A DNA stretch of 64,000 nt from a virus (lineage: Duplodnaviria > Caudoviricetes), in IMG/VR virus record IMGVR_UViG_3300032330_001398, one strand, 5' to 3'. The notes under the pieces were generated by a model. The model was not told the origin of the DNA, searched no databases, and saw only the letters and a program-made list of their open reading frames with translations. Made by a program: the position numbers and the translations under genes. Positions 58,595 to 64,000 of this stretch are shown in pieces; the stretch's first letter is position 1, and each line of letters opens with the position of its first letter.

Positions 58595-59644
58595 TTAACC
58601 TACACAGAATTCATCGCTCATCTTGGCAGCAAGTTCTTTGGCAGCAGCAGACAAGAACTTATTGTTACTGAAGTACAATGGTGTAGCCACTTGGTTAAGA
58701 AAGTGTACTACGGATGACAACAGCTTAAGCTGATCTTCGTTAGGTGTACACTTAGCATCCATGATAGAGTTAGACTCTGGCTCGTCGGAAACATAGTCTG
58801 GAATATCCTCATTCTCGCCAATGATGGTGGGATTGGTAGTATCCTCGTTAATCAACTCGTTAAGAATTTTCGTCGCACATTCTGCACTAATAGGTACAGC
58901 ATTAGACGTATGCTTGCTAGATCGAATCTTTTCATACCAAGCATCGCTACTGCTAGCAGACTTAACATGAACTTGTGCAGACTGACCAGTAAGAGCATTT
59001 TGAAGATCAACCATGCTTGTACGATTACCAGATGATTCAACGCATAAGGTACAGAAATAACTCTTCTTACCTTCCCACGGCTTACGCCACCAAGTAAAAG
59101 GCACACGAAAGATTTGATTAATTTTCATAGCACGAATGTCCGCACTGAAATAGTTAGCGAGTTTCTTCTGAATACCATTCCAGTATGTCTTATTCTTAGA
59201 CAAGCCAAGGTCGTGATCTTTCTTAGTAAGAATCCAATAAGCTTGATATCCATTGCGAGTATCAACAATCCACGTTGGCTTAACTCCAAATCCTAACAAC
59301 TTACTCATGAACTCTTTCTTCTTTTCCATAACAACTTTGGGGGCGAAGTAATGTCCATTGATATCGCGTCCAGCGTCAAGATCTATATAACAAGCACGAA
59401 CAGCGTGTGTCTCATCTTTCTTACGCGACCCGTTAACGTAGAAGTATGAGTCACAGTTTTGCTTTATATTGTTGGTAAGCACTTCCGTAATATCATTCAC
59501 ATGATTCATACCACTAAGCTTAGTCTTAGGATTGTTGTTGTAGCAATAGATATTGGTGCTACCAAACGAATTCATAAAAGCTTGGCGACGTTGTGCGTAA
59601 TCATTAGCAAACACATTGTGCTTCTCATCAAACGGATTGAACAT
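58595..59644 (-). CDS. RepB-like (AEP superfamily) primase-domain protein
   Basis: YFYVN, CYIDLD, PTWIVDTRNGYQAYW, D..QIFRVP; promoter TTGACA-N16-TATAAT at 59690-59717. Confidence 0.75.
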   Translation of the reverse strand: MFNPFDEKHNVFANDYAQRRQAFMNSFGSTNIYCYNNNPKTKLSGMNHVNDITEVLTNNIKQNCDSYFYVNGSRKKDETHAVRACYIDLDAGRDINGHYFAPKVVMEKKKEFMSKLLGFGVKPTWIVDTRNGYQAYWILTKKDHDLGLSKNKTYWNGIQKKLANYFSADIRAMKINQIFRVPFTWWRKPWEGKKSYFCTLCVESSGNRTSMVDLQNALTGQSAQVHVKSASSSDAWYEKIRSSKHTSNAVPISAECATKILNELINEDTTNPTIIGENEDIPDYVSDEPESNSIMDAKCTPNEDQLKLLSSVVHFLNQVATPLYFSNNKFLSAAAKELAAKMSDEFCVG

Positions 59645-59719
59645 TCTCTTTTCCTCTTCCTCTTTGTTTATTGACCACATCATTACTCCATTATAACACA
59701 GTTATCGGCATTGTCAAGA

Positions 59720-60112
59720 CTACTTCTTGAGAAAATCTTTTCGTGGACTCACGAATACTCTTCGTCCAACAGTGACCAGAGTATAATAAGTAAGATTATC
59801 GTAATTATTTGGGCCATCTGAACATCTCCAGTAGGGTGCAATTTTTGGATCATACATGAGTTCTTTCCATCCTTCTACGTTATAAGAATCGTAGGGAACG
59901 GAAGTATAGTCAGTGCAACGAATATACCCACACACATCACGCTTCTGACTAGCGAACACGCGCTGTGCTTTACGCTTTTCATTCTTAAGGATGCAATTAT
60001 ACATAACAAGACCATCTTTGGCTGGATCATGATAGACAGGAACCTGTCCAAACTTTATCTGCCAAAACTTATAATACTTACCAGCCCCAAGATGAAACCT
60101 AACGTCAAACAT
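59720..60112 (-). CDS. Hypothetical protein
   Basis: VRFHLGAG..Y..WQIK motif. Confidence 0.55.
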   Translation of the reverse strand: MFDVRFHLGAGKYYKFWQIKFGQVPVYHDPAKDGLVMYNCILKNEKRKAQRVFASQKRDVCGYIRCTDYTSVPYDSYNVEGWKELMYDPKIAPYWRCSDGPNNYDNLTYYTLVTVGRRVFVSPRKDFLKK

Positions 60113-60479
60113 TTTTAACAACCTCCACAACACAGCCCTGAGAACGAAGTTCAGATGCCATCTTCACCGCAACGTCACTTTCTGTATTGATGGAGTTCCA
60201 CCTACCACCAACATAGTCGTTGTCTGGGGTACTCCATCGACCACGTACAACATCCAACCAATTCTTGGCATCCTTCAATCCCCAACCAAGATGGGAACGG
60301 ATGATCTTGATACAAGAAACGAAGTTGTCGCATGGGACGCTATGAAGAACCATAGTGACCTTAAGTTCCCCACACTTTACTTCCAAAGCCCCAATGATGC
60401 GGTTATACATATCAACGTTGCCCTCGCTCTGAGTAGCAAGCCAAATCGCTTCACGAACCGTCATCTCAACCGTAATCAT
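60105..60479 (-). CDS. Ribosomal protein bL12 C-terminal-domain-like protein
   Basis: CIKIIRSHLGWGLKDAKNWLD...MASELRSQGCVVEV resembles IKVVR..TGLGLKEAK..L...GA.VEV. Confidence 0.65.
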   Translation of the reverse strand: MITVEMTVREAIWLATQSEGNVDMYNRIIGALEVKCGELKVTMVLHSVPCDNFVSCIKIIRSHLGWGLKDAKNWLDVVRGRWSTPDNDYVGGRWNSINTESDVAVKMASELRSQGCVVEVVKNV

Positions 60480-60508
60480 ATATTCTCCTTTTTCCCTATT
60501 ATACAGGC

Positions 60509-61383
60509 TTAGTTTAGTTTGTCAAGGGCTGGATAATCTTTTGGATAATGTTCTTTTGGTGGTGGTGGTTTTGGTTGTCCCTCATCTGGCATCCACCACG
60601 GAGCGTCGAAATAATCTACATTGCCGGGAGCTTCACCACAGTCAATATTGTGAATACAAAAAGGATCATTATAGTTTATTCTATATGTTCCACGCCACAC
60701 ACCAATAGGCTCACCATAATAGATGATCTTTTGACCATTAATAGGGCGACGAGGCCCAAAGAAACTAATCCATTCCATTATTTAAGTCCTTACTATGAAA
60801 TACAACTATGACACCAACAAAAGTTTTCGTGACCCCTGATATGCTCTTTCTTCATTCGTTCAATAATTTCTGGATCAGTAACATTTTTGTCTTTGATTAG
60901 ATCATCAATAGTATAAAGAGTACCATCCTCTTTATATCTACAATCATCATTTCCCAAATCATACGCATCTCGATAATACTGAACAAACATTACTTTCTCT
61001 CCTTTAGATAGATCATTTCCAACCCTCCGGCATAGGAATCTCTTGAAAGCTAGTATAGCATACCACTAGATCACTGTCAAATGGTATCCATTCTCCATCA
61101 CCATCTTTATTCCAATCGCCCCAATCGCCATCGTACCAAGTCAAGGGGATAGGAAAAGAATAATCCTTAACACAACATAGATATTGACCATTCAAAATAG
61201 GATTATCGTAATGCCAGTTCATTATATCCTCATTACAATATTTTCGTAGGCTTTAATCAGATCGATACCACTAATGTTATGCTCTGCTGCTAGGTTCATA
61301 GCTATAGTCTTAGCTGGACTCATAACCATCATGGGGTTTTTTAGAACCCTAAGAATATATACCACTGCTTCTTCTTTAGTCAT
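60509..61383 (-). other. Small hypothetical genes (60509-60778, 60793-60990, 61013-61222, ~61222-61383)
   Basis: Coupled ORFs; two begin with DUF551-like MxW.. motifs. Confidence 0.5.
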
Positions 61384-61403
61384 CTCTTCTCCTTTGTATT
61401 GTT

Positions 61404-61487
61404 ATCACACGGCTATATGGCGTTGCAACGTCGAGGCCGATCTGGCCACATATAGTTAAGGAAGGTTCTCCTTCTCATCCGTGTGAT
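61404..61487 (-). ncRNA. Unclassified ~84-nt multibranch structured RNA
   Basis: Closing ATCACACGG/CCGTGTGAT 9-bp stem, inner CTATATG/CATATAG stem, three small hairpins. Confidence 0.6.
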
Positions 61488-61498
61488 TTTATTAAACG

Positions 61499-61730
61499 TG
61501 GTGAGGACGCGATCCCCCATAGATTGGTATTGTTAGTTAACGTTAACCCCGTTAACACCACCTATCTTCGCTCAGAGGCATTCTAAGATAGATGGCTTTC
61601 AATAGGTTATCCCAACCTAGTCCAAGGCATGGACCCGCGTAGTTTGTATTGTAAAGCAGATTGGGTTGAGCCATAATCGACAGCCATTTAACCGTAGCTT
61701 CTTTGATATCATTCTGCTAGCGGCCCTCAT
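61499..61730 (-). ncRNA. Unclassified ~230-nt structured RNA
   Basis: Terminal stem plus at least five internal helices, no ORF of 60 aa or more, consensus promoter directly upstream. Confidence 0.68.
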
Positions 61731-61744
61731 CTGCTTCTTCAACT

Positions 61745-61772
61745 ATTATACCAGACGATTCTTTCCTGTCAA
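61745..61772 (-). promoter_or_regulatory. Consensus sigma70 promoter pointing into the structured RNAs
   Basis: TTGACA-GGAAAGAATCGTCTGG-TATAAT. Confidence 0.8.
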
Positions 61773-62075
61773 GTGGCGATTTTTGTATTCTTTGATGTCA
61801 CCGTTCATCACAATCTTTTCTTCTTCGTAAGGTACGGCCACACGACGATAGAATTCTTGTTTTACATTCTCAACAACGCCCGTGATCATCGCAATCTTTG
61901 CATAAGACGTACTTCCCATTACTTGCCCAATCAGCCTAGTCATACAGTAATTCAGATCGCCCAACACTGTGACCAAATCTTGATTATCAAAATCACTATG
62001 ATTAGTAATTATGTTAGCAAGATCGTCTATGGATCGGTCTAATATCTTGCGGCTTGTTTCATCAATGTACGGCAT
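61746..62075 (-). CDS. Hypothetical phage protein
   Basis: MPYI...GDLNY...ENVKQEFYRR...PYE..KI..NGD. Confidence 0.7.
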   Translation of the reverse strand: MPYIDETSRKILDRSIDDLANIITNHSDFDNQDLVTVLGDLNYCMTRLIGQVMGSTSYAKIAMITGVVENVKQEFYRRVAVPYEEEKIVMNGDIKEYKNRHLTGKNRLV

Positions 62076-62224
62076 TATATATCTCTCTCTTCTACAACTG
62101 TTGAACTTTCACAATCCATACACATAGCATTATCATATGGGCCACCAACTAGATTACCATCTTGGTCAACCCAAGCATCGTATCCTATGTTGCTGCTGCC
62201 ACACTCACTACATATTGTACTCAT
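62075..62224 (-). CDS. 49-aa zinc-ribbon protein
   Basis: Read by hand: MSTICSECGSSNI...CMDCES; its stop overlaps the next ATG. Confidence 0.55.
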   Translation of the reverse strand: MSTICSECGSSNIGYDAWVDQDGNLVGGPYDNAMCMDCESSTVVEERDI

Positions 62225-62447
62225 CTCGCCACCCCTTTTCAATGTCTTTGCGTGTTCGCTGACGCTTGGGGCGGTTGTCCATAACCGTATCCCGATGCTC
62301 CTTGTGTCCCGTAGGAACTTCCCACGGTTTCTTGACCTTGAGCTTGACCACGTTGCGGCGTGGCCTCATATCTTCGTTGTTGTGGTGCATAATCATGCCA
62401 TATTCCATTCTCATGTAGGTAAAAGACTTTATCGACATTCGGATCAT
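62208..62447 (-). CDS. Small basic protein overlapping ORF 62239-62634
   Basis: Internal promoter TTGACA-N16-TACAAT at 62463-62490; true start may be ~62397. Confidence 0.45.
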   Translation of the reverse strand: MIRMSIKSFTYMRMEYGMIMHHNNEDMRPRRNVVKLKVKKPWEVPTGHKEHRDTVMDNRPKRQRTRKDIEKGWRDEYNM

Positions 62448-62634
62448 AAGCCATTAAACAATATTGTACTGGATAAATTGGCTTTGTCAAGGCCGCTTTT
62501 TGTGGTATAGGAGGAAACTTTATATCCCCCTTCTGATAGTCCTTGAATCCCGTATACGCTAACCCCAATAGGGTAATGAAAACTCCAACCCACTGAATCA
62601 CGATTCCACTCCTTTGACCTTGTTTCTTGTCCAT
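62239..62634 (-). CDS. Hypothetical membrane protein
   Basis: N-terminal TM; Gln/Gly-rich tail in the overlap region. Confidence 0.5.
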   Translation of the reverse strand: MDKKQGQRSGIVIQWVGVFITLLGLAYTGFKDYQKGDIKFPPIPQKAALTKPIYPVQYCLMAYDPNVDKVFYLHENGIWHDYAPQQRRYEATPQRGQAQGQETVGSSYGTQGASGYGYGQPPQASANTQRH

Positions 62635-62684
62635 ATATAGGTTATCGACACTCTACCCCAATGAACTTTAGGCTTTCTGAAAAA

Positions 62685-62774
62685 TTGTTGTAAGTCTTTA
62701 TCTGGTAAGGGTTTACGTCAAAAAACCCCGGCCCCGCTTGCCATAAGTCCAATGGCAGCAAGGGTTTACGTCAA
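62685..62774. repeat. Paired-palindrome element, copy 4
   Basis: Cores at 62690 and 62743; linker CCCCGGCCCCGCT. Confidence 0.88.
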
Positions 62775-62830
62775 GGTATCCTATTTCTAGATAATTGCGT
62801 GATAGGCAATAATCCTAAAATAGAGTACCT

Positions 62831-63061
62831 TCATTCTATCTCCCAATTTGCTAGTTTTACAATTACTTCCGTAGGAATAACCTGAGTATTTTTATCCGCA
62901 GTTTTATAATCTCTATATCCACGCTCATCTACATAGAAATATTCATCTAGTACATCATGTTCATTAGTTTCCCACAATACTTGTGCTGCTGCTTCACTCT
63001 CTGATTTGTTGGTGCTATAGATAAGTTGTAGACTTCCACACTGAATATAATACTTAGACAT
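62831..63061 (-). CDS. Hypothetical protein
   Basis: MSKYYI.CG...YVDERGYR. Confidence 0.55.
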   Translation of the reverse strand: MSKYYIQCGSLQLIYSTNKSESEAAAQVLWETNEHDVLDEYFYVDERGYRDYKTADKNTQVIPTEVIVKLANWEIE

Positions 63062-63593
63062 TTGATTTCCTTTGTTGTTGACAGATTATACAGCCGCAAT
63101 CGTCATAATCATCATCGTCAACGTATAGGTCAGTAGCATCTTCGTCGCATACACTCTCTGTACCAAAGTCTATACATACCATGACCCGCCTTCCCTTACG
63201 TCGCACGAATCCGACGTTACCGATATGGCAATCCATAAACTCTACACCGGCCTTCTTCATCATTCTATAGGCTAGATTACTAATCTGATTCTCATATGAA
63301 AACTCTAGAGTATCATCACAGTCACCGCAACTACAACTATTACCACCGCAACCAATAGTTTCTGCAATCTCTGTAATATATCCCCAACATGACAGATCGC
63401 CATTGTTCATACGGATTTTACCAACTTGGCTTAATACATATGGGGCCATGTTATATGTTTCCAGTTTAGATTGAACACTGTGGGCATAGTCTGCTTCATA
63501 TTGTCCGCTGAACTCTTTGAAGCCCCGTTTGTTATCTATAAAATAGAAAGCACTACTAGACCCCGCATTTTCATACTGACCAACAATCGTCAT
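63054..63593 (-). CDS. Minimal protein-kinase-like fold protein
   Basis: GSSSAFY, GFK, YITE, DCHIGNVG (catalytic loop), CIDFG. Confidence 0.68.
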   Translation of the reverse strand: MTIVGQYENAGSSSAFYFIDNKRGFKEFSGQYEADYAHSVQSKLETYNMAPYVLSQVGKIRMNNGDLSCWGYITEIAETIGCGGNSCSCGDCDDTLEFSYENQISNLAYRMMKKAGVEFMDCHIGNVGFVRRKGRRVMVCIDFGTESVCDEDATDLYVDDDDYDDCGCIICQQQRKSNV

Positions 63594-63604
63594 GATATAT
63601 CCTC

Positions 63605-64000
63605 TTAGTGGGCTGGAAACAAAACATTAGCTAAACCGCGAACGCACAGATCACATGATATACTATCTTTGGTGCCAGTGCAAGTGATTTCTGAGCGACC
63701 ACGACGGATTTCTGGGCATACCACGAACTTTGTGGCATTTAGAATTACCATCTTAGGAAGTTCTTTTCTCCACGCTTCGGCCTTGACTTTGCTCTTGGGA
63801 CGCTTGGGAGCAATCTTCATATCACTATCGCACCATGCGAACAGCTTGAAACCTTGGGCTAATGCTTCGCCCATATCATTATCGTCATGCACACTAGCAT
63901 ATACATTCATATACTTTTCCAGACTTACCAGCCTAGCATCATAAATATGAGTATAAAACCACATATCGGGCAAAGTATCACCATCGGCAAGAATACTCTC
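63605..64000 (-). CDS. Gp88-like Cys-rich protein, start beyond the window
   Basis: WFYTH, VYASVH, CPE..ITC..CDLC. Confidence 0.55.
   Translation of the reverse strand, partial: ESILADGDTLPDMWFYTHIYDARLVSLEKYMNVYASVHDDNDMGEALAQGFKLFAWCDSDMKIAPKRPKSKVKAEAWRKELPKMVILNATKFVVCPEIRRGRSEITCTGTKDSISCDLCVRGLANVLFPAH

Noticed and set aside
61499-61730. The 230-nt RNA as RNase P, 6S, SRP or a second tmRNA
   Set aside because: Lacks the GAGGAAAGUCC core, the SRP loop motif, a T-loop or tag ORF, and the single long rod of 6S; left unclassified.
54928-62774. Paired palindromes read as terminators or transposon ends
   Set aside because: Arms are too mismatched for stable hairpins, there are no consistent U-tracts, and no transposase or target duplications; fixed spacing fits DNA binding better.
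1-64000. Stop-codon reassignment
   Set aside because: Conserved genes are full length in the standard code, TAA, TGA and TAG all end genes, and no suppressor tRNA was found.

Overview
A 64-kb fragment of a large, AT-rich tailed dsDNA phage genome, transcribed almost entirely on the minus strand in the standard genetic code. The host is probably a planctomycete (inference from protein types only). Left part (1-14 kb): replication, recombination and nucleotide metabolism (PD-(D/E)XK nuclease, dNMP kinase, DnaG, DnaB, RecA, PhoH, dUTPase, NrdAB). 14-23 kb: membrane and virion-surface genes, including Thr-rich proteins, Mtd_N domains, an apparently circularly permuted FGE/C-type-lectin domain, a NAL1-like protease, and a papain protease + holin-like + TM-PAS trio. 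23-52 kb: sigma factor, glycosyltransferases, deaminases, GMP reductase, rIIA/rIIB, ThyX, AlkB, tmRNA, tRNAs, ligase, UvsE. 53-64 kb: early-type region of small ORFs with many sigma70-like promoters. The best candidates for undescribed systems are (i) two tandem structured non-coding RNAs at ~61.40-61.73 kb behind a consensus promoter, (ii) a 90-bp element of two palindromes exactly 53 bp apart, present four times upstream of early transcription units, and (iii) a putative lysis cassette with a cysteine protease and a PAS sensor. All protein calls come from motif recognition by eye; no searches were run.
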